A stretch of 64,000 nucleotides of DNA, taken from contig NC_052151.1 in NCBI RefSeq assembly GCF_902713615.1, positions 103,561,304 to 103,625,303 on the forward strand. Reading direction: 5' to 3'. The notes beneath the pieces are model-generated. The model ran no database searches and was not told the origin of the DNA. It saw only the letters and a list, made by a program, of their open reading frames with translations. Both the position numbers and the translations under genes were made by a program. The stretch is from Scyliorhinus canicula (Eukaryota). The first letter of the stretch is position 1; every line of letters starts with the position of its first letter. Positions 24,976 to 36,074 of the stretch are shown here, piece after piece.

Positions 24976-26515
24976 CTACAATTCTACCACTGGGCGGCAA
25001 CAGCCGAGCGAGTAAGGGGATGGATCCAGGAGCCAGAAGCCGAGTGGGTGCGTGCGGAGGAGGCCTCCTGCATGGGAACCTCCCTCCGGGCCCTCGCCAC
25101 GGCAGCACTCCCATCCCCACCCAAAAAACACTCCACCAGCCCAGTGGTGACGGCCACCCTCCAATCCTAGAACCAACTGCGGCAGCAATTTGGCCTGTAC
25201 AAAATGTCGGACAAGGCTCCCATCTGCAACAACCATAGGTTCACACCAGCACTGACTGACGCCACCTTCAAAAGGTGGAGGCAGGACGGGGGGACACTGA
25301 CAGTCAAGGACCTATACACGGACGACAGGATCGCAACACTGGACGAACTGACAGAGAAATTTCAGCTAGCTGGGGGGAACGAGCTACGGTACCTGCAGCT
25401 CAAAAACTTCCTACGAAAGGAGACAAGGACATACCCACAACCGCTACGACAGACACTACTGGAAGACCTACTGGACGCAAGTATCCTACAGAAAGGGAAC
25501 TGTAGTGACATGTATGACCGACTGGTAGATAGGGACGACACCGTACTGGACGCAACAAGAAAGAAATGGGAGGACGACCTGGGGATGGAGATAGGGTGGG
25601 GACTCTGGAGCGAAGCACTGCATAGGGTCAACTCCACCTCCACGTGCGCAAGGCTCAGCCTGACGCAACTAAAAGTGGTACATAGAGCCCACTTAACGAG
25701 AAACCGTATGAGTAGGTTCTTCCTGGAGGTGGAGGACAAATGTGAGCGGTGCCAGAGAGGCCCGGCCAACCACGCCCACATGTTCTGGTCTTGCCCCAGA
25801 CTTGTGGAGTACTGGACAGCCTTCTTCGAGGCTATGTCCAAAGTGGTGGGGGTGAGGGTGGAGCCATGCCCGATAGTGGCGGTCTTCGGGGTTTCAGACC
25901 AGCCAGATCTATTCCTGGGGAGGAGGGCGGACGCCCTTGCCTTTGCCTCCCTGATTGCCCGCCGTAGAATCCTGTTTGGCTGGCGGTCAGCAGCACCACC
26001 CAGAGCTGCAGACTGGCTGTCCGACCTCTCGGAATCTCTCCAAATGGAGAAAATCAAATTCGCCATCCGAGGGTCGGACGACGGCTTCCACAGAACGTGG
26101 GAGCCATTCATGCAACTGTTCCGGGACCTGTTTGTGGCCAACGTACAGGAGGAAGAATAGTCGGGTGGCCAAGAACCAGGGGAAAATGGACGGGAATCGG
26201 GGGAAGGTAGCCGGGGGGAGGGAGGGGGGGGGGGGGGCTACGGGCTCGGTATGGGGGTTTGATGGCAAGCCAAGGCCCAAAACCAAACTATAAATAAATG
26301 CCTATAAACATGTGCCTCGGCCATATTGGGGAATGTAAAATATGTATGCTGGCTAAAGGGGGCGGCCACAATTATTGTTATGAAGATGCTTACCTGTAAA
26401 TATTCATGTTAAATTTTTGTGTTTTCCTTTTTTTTTTCTCTCTCTCTAATAACTTGTAATTTGTCATATATAAAATATGAAAACTCAATAAAAAAACATT
26501 TAAAAAAAAAAAAAA
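24976..26515 (+). mobile_element. 5'-truncated young L1-clade LINE (same subfamily as 7086-8243)
   Basis: 318-aa ORF2 C-terminus 25204-26160; poly(A); 16-bp TSD atcagtggatgctact 24960-24975 and 26516-26531. Confidence 0.94.
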
Positions 26516-27020
26516 ATCAGTGGATGCTACTACCAAAGTAACATATTCATGTCGCACATAACCAGTTTTTCAGAAAGTAGATTTAAGTTCAGGGTTCATG
26601 GAAGGTGACACCATTTTTGGCTGCAACACAAGTCAGTGTAACAAGTAAATGGGAGTTGGCTGATGCTTTTGGGTACAACAAATAAATGCAAATTCCTCTG
26701 CTGGAGTTCCTGCTTCCTTGGCTTAGAAGAGTGTAGTACTGAAGGCTGTTACTCAAGCAGATGCATGTGGGTGTTGGTGCATCAGGGAGGGGGATGGATT
26801 CAGGTGCTCAGAGTAAGTAAGCTAGTTAATGGACTCTTAAAGAATAGGGAGCATATTCTGATCAGTCGAGGGTGGTTTGGGTCCCGGATACACTTGCTAA
26901 CGGGTAGGCAGGCTTTCAGCAATTGGATCAGGCTTCAATGGTACTTGTACCTAGTGGCTGTATGATAATTGGTCCTGTCCTGCTGACTGTTGGGTCAGCG
27001 CTGGAGTGCACCATCTTGGT

Positions 27021-27489
27021 GAACCCCAACGGCTGGAGAATTCCGGTCCTGGTGTGTGCACCTTCTCTGGCCACCCTGTTGCTTGATTCCACTTGGAATC
27101 TGCCAGATTGAAAAGGCATGTGCTCATTTTTCAGTCTGCATAATCATATCATTGGAATCGTTTCCTGGGAATTATTGGGCTCCCAATATTCACACCACAC
27201 GCTGTCTGGGCTGGATTCTCCAGTCCCCCAAGCTGTGCGCCATTCTCTGTTGGCAGGATTCTCTACTCCCTCTGCTTGGCAATGGGATTTCCCATCAAAG
27301 CCATCCCACGCCGTCGGGGAACCCGCAGGTGGGGATGCACTACTGGTGGGAACAGAGAACCCCAACGGCTGGAGAATTCCGGCCCTGATGTGTGCACCTT
27401 CTCTGGCCACCCTGTTGCTTGATTCCACTTGGAATCTGCCAGATTGAAAAGGCATGTGCTCAGTTTTCAGTCTGCATAATCATATCATT
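27021..27489 (+). repeat. 133-bp direct duplication (27021-27153 and 27357-27489)
   Basis: Two copies 336 bp apart, about 3 mismatches. Confidence 0.9.
27208..27385. mobile_element. Short MITE (PIF/Harbinger-like termini)
   Basis: gggctggattctcc...ggagaattccggccc imperfect TIR, same termini as 36380-36722. Confidence 0.7.
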
Positions 27490-27611
27490 TGACCACTCAT
27501 AAGCTTTGGCAAGAAGTATTTCCAAACCAGATTTATGGTTTTGGAGCTTCAAAATAATAAAGCTATACCAATTATTTCTGATGTGATCCCCAAATACATT
27601 TTTAAAGAAAT

Positions 27612-27745
27612 GCTCTGAAGGGTCACATGAGCTTGAAACGTCAACTCTGTTTCTCCCTCCACAGGTACTGCCAGACCAACTAAATTTTTCCAGCATTTTC
27701 TGTTCTTATTTCGGATTTCCAGAATCTGTAGTGTTGTGCTTTTAC
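27612..27745 (+). mobile_element. Single-arm Penelope-related short element with decayed hammerhead motif
   Basis: ctgaagggtc..gaaacgtc followed by ...ttccagcattttct...ccagaatctg body shared with 30984-31218. Confidence 0.6.
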
Positions 27746-27796
27746 CTTTTTAAAGATGTGTTTTACAACAATTTTAATGAACTCCATAACACTTAC

Positions 27797-27957
27797 ATCT
27801 GGGACTGAAGTTGTGCGAGTCCATAAAGTTGATAGAAAGGGGTTCATCGGCATGAAGTGTGCTTTGATCAGCATAGCTCCTGTCCATTGCATTCACCATA
27901 TGAGTCATCTCTTGTCGAGTATTTCCAACTACATCCTTACGCTTCTTTGCAAGTTTA
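27797..27957 (-). CDS. PTPRK: PTPRK intracellular juxtamembrane exon (161 nt, phase 2 to 1)
   Basis: KLAKKRKDVVGNTRQEMTHMVNAMDRSYADQSTLHADEPLSINFMDSHNFSPR; acceptor ggattgcag|TAAACTT, donor CCCAGAT|gtaagt; phase fits upstream exons. Confidence 0.96.
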
Positions 27958-28149
27958 CTGCAATCCACAAAAGCAAATTGTTTGATTGAATATTCTTTAT
28001 GCAGAATTTTAATATGGCAAATGGCTAGGCTGAACATTGATTTTTTTGGGGAGAAAGATTTCCATCTATTCCAGAAAACACTGCAAAATCAAGACACAGG
28101 AGTACCTGAAAAAGTGCTTTGGGATATCCTGGGGCTGTGAAAAACAGAC

Positions 28150-28464
28150 TTGCATTCATATAGCACTTTCCGCAGCAACATGATAATGTCCCAATAATCT
28201 GTTATTGTAATATTCATTGATAGATAAATTCTAGCCAGGACACTGGGGTTAACTCCCCACTCTATTGTGCAAGTGTCAAGGGATTCTTTATTAAATCCCC
28301 GTGAAAGGACAGGCAGGGCCTCGGTTTAATATCTCATGCAAAGACAGTACCTCCAACAGTGCAGCAGTCTCTCAGCACTGCAGTTTCACCTTAGATCTTT
28401 GTGCTCAAGTCCCAGAGTGGGGCTTAATCCCATAACCTTCTCCCTCAGAGGGGAGAGTGCTACT
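28150..28464 (-). mobile_element. Deu-domain SINE (SacSINE1/AmnSINE1-like)
   Basis: Reverse complement gctgcactgttggaggtactgtctttgcatgagatattaaaccgaggccctgcctg...ccccagtgtcctggctaga resembles the Deu core as recalled. Confidence 0.7.
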
Positions 28465-28465
28465 T

Positions 28466-28692
28466 GTTTTTTTAATATAAATTTAGAGTACCCAATTAAT
28501 CTTTTTCCAATTAAGGGCAATTTAGCGTGGCCAATCCACCTAGCCTGCACATCGTTGGGTTGAGGAGGCAAAACTCACGCAAACAGGGGGAGAATGTGCA
28601 AACTCCACATGGTAGGTGGCCCACAGCCGGGTCGAAACTGGGACCTCGGCGCCGTGAGGTAGCAGTGCTAACCATGGCGCCATCGTGCTGCC
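28466..28692 (-). mobile_element. AT-tailed tRNA-derived SINE inserted in the Deu-SINE head
   Basis: Reverse complement of the 805-1030 family; agtgcta repeated at both flanks. Confidence 0.8.
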
Positions 28693-29855
28693 ATAATAAG
28701 TGCTATCTGTTAAGCTATAGCTGCCACTGAAAGCTTTATAAATGCAAGATTTGTCTTTTTTTCCTATTTCATGGTAATATAATAGTCCAATTAATGGTCA
28801 GATACCTGACAAAATGAAATAATATCTGCAAAAACATTTTTTAAAAAAAAATCACAATATATAGATATATCACTGGTGAGAAAGCTCTTTTGCAAATGTG
28901 ACTGATCAACAGAAACACATATCCAAAGAGTGAAATAACATTGGAACAGGAATTGTCCATTCGGCCTCTCAAGCTTGTTATACCATTTAATTAGATCATG
29001 GCTGATCTGTATCTCAACTCCCCACGTTTATTTCATATTCCTTGATGACCCCACCTAACAAAATTGATCAATCTCCATCTTGACAGGAATATAGATATAA
29101 CGAGTGTTTTGTACAACTCACAGAACATAAGCTTGTTTCCACGATCTAGTCTGTGTGTGGTTTCTGATGAACGGTTAGATTTGGGAATATTGTGACCTAC
29201 AGCTTTCACTTTATTTTATGACTGGATGATCTTTGAATTTGAATTTGAGTTAAATGAGCAGTTGTGCCCCCAAAACACTCCAGTTAGTTTGCATGACAAA
29301 ATTCCAAATGTTTTTCCAATGTATTAAATAGATGCTTGGACTTTATAGATAAAATTACTTAAAATGAAGCCTGTTACATCTTACTTGAAGTTGGATAGTC
29401 ATTTACCTTAATAAGAAAAAGTGCTGAATATAATTCCTGCAATTTTGATCAGTTTCAATCCTGCTTTTGACTTCATTTTCTTTTTTAAGTGGTTGTGGAC
29501 AGTCAGAGTTTTGACTTTGACTAGCTGCTACTTGATTGCTCTCATCAATGATCTGATTAATGGAGCGAGTTATTTGATTACAGAATGATAAATGGGAATC
29601 TATAAACAAGTTAGCTTTCTCGGAGAAGAAAAGCCTACAGAGCTGAAAGAGAGAATTAATAGGTTTAGTAAAAGAGGGAGTAGATCTAACACCCCTGCAT
29701 TATAGTAAAAGCATATACTAGTCCAATGCTTGATCTCAAGGATGAGAGCTCACCAGAACTCACCAGCAAGGTTGTTTACATTTTAGAAGTACAGACAGTT
29801 GAATCTGTAAGATTACAAATAAGCTTTTGGGCGAAGGTTAAATAATAAACCTACA

Positions 29856-30066
29856 GGTGGCATGGTGGCACAATGGTTAGCACTGCTGTCTATGGCATTG
29901 AGGACCCAAGTTCAATCCCGCCCAGGGTCACTGTCTGTGTGGAGTTTGCACATTGTGCGTGGGTTTCAGAACCCAAAGATGTACAGGTTAGGGAGATTGG
30001 CCACACTAAATTTCCCCTTAATTGGAAAATAATAATTAGGTACTCTAAAAAAACAATGTATAAAAA
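29856..30066 (+). mobile_element. AT-tailed SINE inserted in the 5' LTR
   Basis: TSD aaataataaaccta at ~29840-29853 and 30067-30080; absent from the 3' LTR. Confidence 0.85.
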
Positions 30067-30983
30067 AAATAATAAACCTATGTAGGCAAGATTGGAATTT
30101 TAATTCAATGTTCTGTGTACTGACTAACAATAAGCCATCTGTATCTGTGACTTGGTATAGAGAGTGGTTTTAGAATGTGTTCTCTGTGATTGCTATAGTA
30201 GAGCTGTGTTAAAGCTATGAGGGCTGCATCAGAGGAGAGTGCCGAGTGCTCCTCTAGAGGTTTCTGTGCTGTAGTTTCCTCCATGCTTGAATTATCAATA
30301 AATTACTGTAACCTGTCCCTAGGTCTCCTGTGGTTAGTTGAAAGAAGTTCACCACAGCAATTTGCACAGTTGCAGGATATTCATACTCGATCTTTGGCAA
30401 GACACCTCAAACTGGGTGATTATATTTAATTTACCACCCTGTTAGTGCAGCAAGCCTGCCCAGGATGAGTAACAAAGGAATCTGAAAGGAGATCTCAGGT
30501 TAGGAGGTGAAGCCGAGGAGGAAGAGCCGTGTACGGAGGCCAGACCGCTAAATAAGTTAAGGAGGTAGAGCTGTGCTGGTGGGCTACAGTTGGAAAAGAC
30601 AGTAGCCAAAGCTGCACTGGGAAGTCAAACCCCAAAAAGAAACCGTATGTAAACAAGTTGATAATAACTGTGCAGGTTTGAAAACAAACTGTGCAGAGAC
30701 GGGAAGTGATAGAATGTCATCAAGAAAAGAGGAGGAGAGTACCATGAAATTTGATTGGGGGGCTCCATCGCGAGGTTTATAGCAGAACAACACCCCAGAT
30801 TGTATAGTAGTAAAAGCAATCACAAGAATGGCATATGCGAGAATGCAACTAATAGACAATTTGACAGAGGAGGCAGGAGCATCAGGAGCAAATGCTGTCC
30901 TGGGAGCGAGTGCATCCTTGATAAGATTTTCTAAAAAGGTTCAGAAAGGAAACAGCAAGTTGGGAAAAGTCCGGAATACATTA

Positions 30984-31218
30984 AATAAAAGCAAATTACT
31001 GCGGATGCTGGAATCTGAAAGGAAAGAGAAAATGCTGGAAAATCTCAACAGGTCTGGGCAGCATCTGTAGGGAGAGAAGAGCTAACGTTTCGAGTCCGAT
31101 GACTCTTTGTCAAAGCTCCGCATTTGACAAAGTGTCATCGAACTCGAAACGTTAGCTCTTTTCTCTCCTTATAGATGCTGCTGGACCTGCAGAGATTTTC
31201 CAGCAATTTCTCAGTCAT
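30984..31218. mobile_element. Fold-back non-autonomous Penelope-related element
   Basis: Internal inverted arms; perfect 14-bp TSD tccggaatacatta 30970-30983 and 31219-31232. Confidence 0.8.
31079..31118 (-). ncRNA. Minimal type-I hammerhead ribozyme motif (U3-A8 variant)
   Basis: GAGCU-UUGACAA-A-GAGUC-AUCG-GACUC-GAAA-CGUU-AGCUC: 5-bp stem I, 5-bp stem II, palindromic minimal stem III; activity untested. Confidence 0.6.
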
Positions 31219-32633
31219 TCCGGAATACATTAGCCTACAATGCACATCTGTGCGCCTTATAATAGAGTAAAGTGTTTGGGGAACTGGTAGATTATCTGCA
31301 AAATGGAACTGATTGCTGGACAGGGAGGATGTCTGTCCTGAACAACCAGTTACATTGGGAATGGGCAATGGTGGTGGGGGAAAAAGAGTAGAGGGAGAGA
31401 GATAGAGAGAGCAAGATAATAGGATGTGCAGTGCTGAGAAGAACCTACTACTCTTGGACCAAATATTGGAACGAGATATTGATTTAGGCAGAAAATACCA
31501 GACCAAGTATAGAGTTAGAAGATGAAGTGGGGACTTTGAGGAGGTTAATTCAGCCATACAGCGTTGTCTGCCCTGAAGCAGATCACTTCCCGTGTTTAGG
31601 TAAAATCAAACAACTTGGGACACAAATCAGTCATCACCAAGCAGATTTAGTTGCTATCTCCAAAACCAGGAAAGTTGAAAGTACTCTATCTCCAGTACTC
31701 CATCATTAAGATACGGTTAAAGTATTTATTTTAACTTTGGTCAAGTAACAAATGTTGGAAATTGGAATCGGTTTAAGGGGAAAAAGGATATGCAAAAGAG
31801 ATGACATCTGTGCAAAATTGAAGAAATTACACAAAGGGATGCAATTGCATGCCACGTTTACTCTGTCCACTCCTCACCCGTTTAGGTTCCGCAGAAAATT
31901 ATCCCTTTCAGCAGACAGTTGATTTTTTTACAAAATTTCCTCGCAGCTTTTGTTTTTTTAATGTAACCTATTATTTGACATATGAACTCACTGGGCTCTT
32001 GGCCAGAGCCAGAATGGGTTGTTTGTTTTTTTTAAAAACCAGTGATAATAGTTTCCAGCTCCCTGTGAAGCTAGCGATTTTGAGAATTAAAGCACTTTAC
32101 CTCTCAAAAACTGGGAATCACCAGAAACAGACATGAAGGCGAAATTAAAGTAAAATAAATTTTGGATTGGGACAAATGAAGGCTAGGGAGAAAAAATAGG
32201 CAATAAGAATTAACTACAAGATGGATACAGGTGAAGGGAGAGCTGGAGAATCTTTTAAGTTTATGCAATTAGGCATAAATGAAACATCATATTTGTATAT
32301 AAGAGCAGTGATGACATATAAAGGGTAAAAAAGTTGGCTACCTTTGGCTAGAGCAAAGGCCAAAAGGGAGGAATGTACAAATGAATTAAGAGGTTTAGTA
32401 AAAGGGCGATAAAATACCTCTGCATTAGTGTAAAAGCACATGCTATTCAAATGCTATACCTCAACGACTTGAGATCTGTAGAACTCGCCAGCAAAGTTGT
32501 TTATGTTTTAGAAGAACAGAGAGTTGAAGCCACAAGATTGCAAACAAGGTGAAGAGTTTATTAATAAATGTAGGCAAGATCAGAATTTTAAACCAATGTT
32601 CTGTGTACTGACTGACTGAATAAACAGGCTATA

Positions 32634-32814
32634 TCCAAAAGAGAAAATGCTGGAAAATCTCAGCAGGTCTGGCAGCATCTGTAGGGAGATGAAAAAGAGC
32701 TAACATTTTGAGTCCAAATGACCCTTTGTCAAATAGATGCTGCCAGATCTTCTGAGATTTTCCAGCATTTTCTCTTTTGGTTTCAGATTCCAACATCCAC
32801 AGTAATTTGCTTTT
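32634..32814. mobile_element. Fold-back element (family of 30984-31218) inserted in the 3' LTR
   Basis: Inverted arms; ~13-bp degenerate TSD aaacaggctatat / aagcaggctgtat; hammerhead GAAA lost by CpG decay. Confidence 0.75.
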
Positions 32815-32882
32815 AAGCAGGCTGTATCTGTGACTTGGGGGAGAAAGTGGTTTTAGAACGGTCTCTATGTGATTGTTACATT

Positions 32883-32923
32883 AGACAGATATACAGATAG
32901 ATAGATAGATCGATAGATAGATA
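32883..32923 (+). repeat. (GATA)n microsatellite
   Basis: agatagatagatagatcgatagatagatag. Confidence 0.85.
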
Positions 32924-34732
32924 GGTGAGAGCGCTGCATTAGAGGAGGGTGCTCCTTCAGTGGAGTTCCCTCCATGCTTGAATCATGAATATACTATTGT
33001 AACCTGTCCTTGGGTCTCTCCTGTGGTTAGTTGGAAGTCTACCACAACTTACAACTGATATTATTTATATGGACAGATAAGGTTATTTTCAGACACTGAT
33101 GGTTCCTGGTCTGAATTATTTTATATTTGTGACTACCATCTTAAATAGATTAATTCATTGTGCATTCTTTCATAACTTCAGAAACTGATTAGCTGTTTTT
33201 GTAAACAAGCATCTTTAATCCATCAAATATCATGTATGGAATAATGGAAACACCAAAAGTGTTGCAAAGGGTACTATTCACAATATGTATTCAGATTTAA
33301 TCTACATACTTTATTCAAAATAAAATAAATCACAGTTCCTCAGTTCTTTCATTGTTCTTATACTTCACACTTAACATGCACTAGAAAAAACATTTGTCAA
33401 GGCCAAATTCATAAGCTTTGACACAAAATCGAAAAAGATAATACAATATTATCTGTACGTGTCAAGGTTTTAAATGAAAATTTATTTCAGTAATTTAATT
33501 CCCTCTTCAAGCGACTGACATCTCTATGTCGGAGTCCAGTGAGCATGTGGCATATTTCAATTGCACTGCTGTATTTTCAGCCAAGCAATTCCTATGCATC
33601 CTCTCCCAAGATAAAAAAAACAATTTACTAACTATTTGAGATTGAATGAGCTGCAGCCAGTTTTCATTATTTATCAAAACAAAACTCTCCTCAATGGAAA
33701 AGCTAAAGAACATGCACAAGTCAGCGGTGCAAGCACGCCAAACGAGATGGAGAATGAAAGTCACGATGCAGATAACATTGTGAAATGAATCATGCTTTGT
33801 TGAAATTAACCTTAGATTCATAATTAAAGATCTAAGTTCCAACAGGTCGATGTGACGTGTCAAGTGTGTTGATGCTTTCCATTTTTGTGTGCTAGTTTGT
33901 TTCTCATTTTCAGCCCACAACATTGGTGAGCAGCACTGCAATAAAAATGACAGCCAAATGTGCAAGTCTCTACCTGACAGTACACAATCTCTCTACCAGC
34001 AAGCCCTCAGCTGTGCCTCCTTGTGGGGCAAGTGGAAAATGGATCCCTCACAAAATTGGGCAGGAAATATACCATATGCAGGCCCACAAATATATGAATA
34101 CACCTCTGGCACCCATGAACCAAATTACCAGCTGTGGGCACCTTGGGAGAGTTGAAGGCAAGTAATTCCTGACAAAAAAACTGCAGTGTAGCCCAAAGGT
34201 GATCTGATGTCTAAATCTGTCATCTTCCCAGCTGCAATCAAGCTAGTGGCAAGTGTGGTGCTTTGCATTCCATTGAACTCAGCGAGGGAGGGTAAGGGGG
34301 GGTGGAGGGAAGGATTTTTGGGAAGGCCAGCGTCTTCATAAATTTTGCTCATGCTAGCACTGTGCAGATGGTGCTCCGGTTTCACTGGAGTACATTAACA
34401 CAACACACAGGACAGCAGGTAACTGGCGTAAAGGACAGGTGCTAAAAAACAGGTGCGATGGACTGTTTCCAAGAGTGGGAGAGACCAACATATCAGCCAC
34501 TGTCCACCTCGAGTCAGGCAGCTCTGACTAGTAAGGTGCTGACCTGCCATGGCCCATCTGCCTCAGTGGTCACTTGGAGCTTCGAGTCTCTGCTCAACAA
34601 GTGGAAGGAATCCACTGCACCAAACAAACAAAACTAAAAATTATGCCAACTCTTTGTTCAATCCGTGAAAATGTTAGGGCCCTGTGCTCAGGACTGAAAG
34701 GTGACTTGCAGCTGGTCAATAATGTGCATAAA

Positions 34733-34953
34733 CGGACAGCATGGTGGCGCAGTGGGTTAGCACTGCGGGCTCACAGCGCCGAGGTCTCAGGTTCTATCCC
34801 GGCTCTGGGTCACTGTCCATGTGGAGTTTGCACATTCTGCCCGTGTTTGCATGGGTTTTGCCCCCACAACCCAAAAATGTGCAAGCTAGGTAGATTGGCC
34901 ATGCTAAATTGACCCTTAATTGAAAAAAATGAATTGGGCACTGTAAATTTAAA
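34733..34953 (+). mobile_element. AT-tailed tRNA-derived SINE
   Basis: Family of 805-1030. Confidence 0.85.
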
Positions 34954-35382
34954 ATCATCATCAGACATGATTCTCTGAACAGCATTTTCAACACATTCAT
35001 CTATCACGGCACTGACTCCCTGGTGTCCTCAAACCTTTTTCATTCATTTCATTCATAGAAATGCTATCCTCATTCCAACATCAACCATACCCGCTTACCC
35101 ACAGAAAAACTAACAGTTGCGTGATTCTACAGAACAGGCACTCTTCGGCATTTCCATGTAGAATGCAGAAGCTAAATGGAACACACGATGGGATGCCACC
35201 TACAATATGGCACATGAGAAGAAAAAAATGGTAAAACAGTGACTGGTTCGAGACTAACATAACTGTGTTGAAACCTGTCATTGAAGCCAAGCAGTCCGCT
35301 CTCATTAATTACAAGTGAGGTTCTGAACAGGAAGTATCAGAATGTACAAAGTGCTGCTTCAGAAGAAATCCAACCGACTGCT

Positions 35383-36068
35383 AGGCAGTTTGGGTGGCAC
35401 AGTGGTTATCACTGCTGCCTCACAGCTCCAGGGTCCCAGGTTCAATTCCAACCTCGGGTTACTGCCTTTGTTGAGTTTGCACTTTTTCCCTGTGTCTGCG
35501 TGGGTTTCCTCTGGGTGCTCCGGTTTCCTCCCACAGTCCAAATGTGTGCAGATTAGATCGAGTGGCCATGCTAAATTGCCCTTTAGTCTCCAAAAGGATA
35601 GCTGGGGTTATTGGGTTATGGGGATAGGATGGCGGCATGGGCTTAAGTAGGATGCAGACTCAATGAGCCAAATGGCCTCCTTCTGCACTGTAAATTCTAT
35701 AATTCCATTACTCTAATTCTCAAGTAGGGCAGCACGGTAGCATGGTGGTTAGCATAAATGCTTCACAGCTCCAGGGTCCCAGGTTCGGTTCCCAGCTGGG
35801 TCACTGTCTGTGTGGAGTCTGCACGTCCTCCCCGTGTGTGCGTGGGTTTCCTCCGGGTGCTCCGGTTTCCTCCCACAGTCCAAAGGTGTGCGGGTTAGGT
35901 GGATTGGCCATGATAAATTACCCGTAGTGTCCTAAAATGTAAGGTTAAAGTGGGGGGTTGTTGGGTTACGGGTATAGGGTGGATACGTGGATTTGAGTAG
36001 GGTGATCATTTGCTCGGCACAACATCGAGGGCCGAAGGGCCTGTTCTGTGCTGTACTGTTCTATGTTC
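35383..36068 (+). mobile_element. Two tandem HE1-like SINEs (35383-35705, 35727-36068)
   Basis: Two heads, two CR1-like tails (gggccgaagggcctgttctgtgctgtactgttctatgttc in the second). Confidence 0.88.
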
Positions 36069-36074
36069 AATGCC

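Larger units (their letters stand above)
29644..33053 (+). mobile_element. Degraded two-LTR ERV-like element (LTRs ~29644-30368 and 32374-33053)
   Basis: Collinear diverged direct repeats; polypurine tract aaaagggaggaa directly before tgt of the 3' LTR; ~2 kb interior with no recognisable ORF. Confidence 0.7.

Noticed and set aside
25362-26141. 259-aa antisense ORF in L1
   Set aside because: Shadow frame of GC-rich ORF2; broken in the sister copy
29163-29200. CTGATGA hammerhead-like core
   Set aside because: No stem II or GAAA follows
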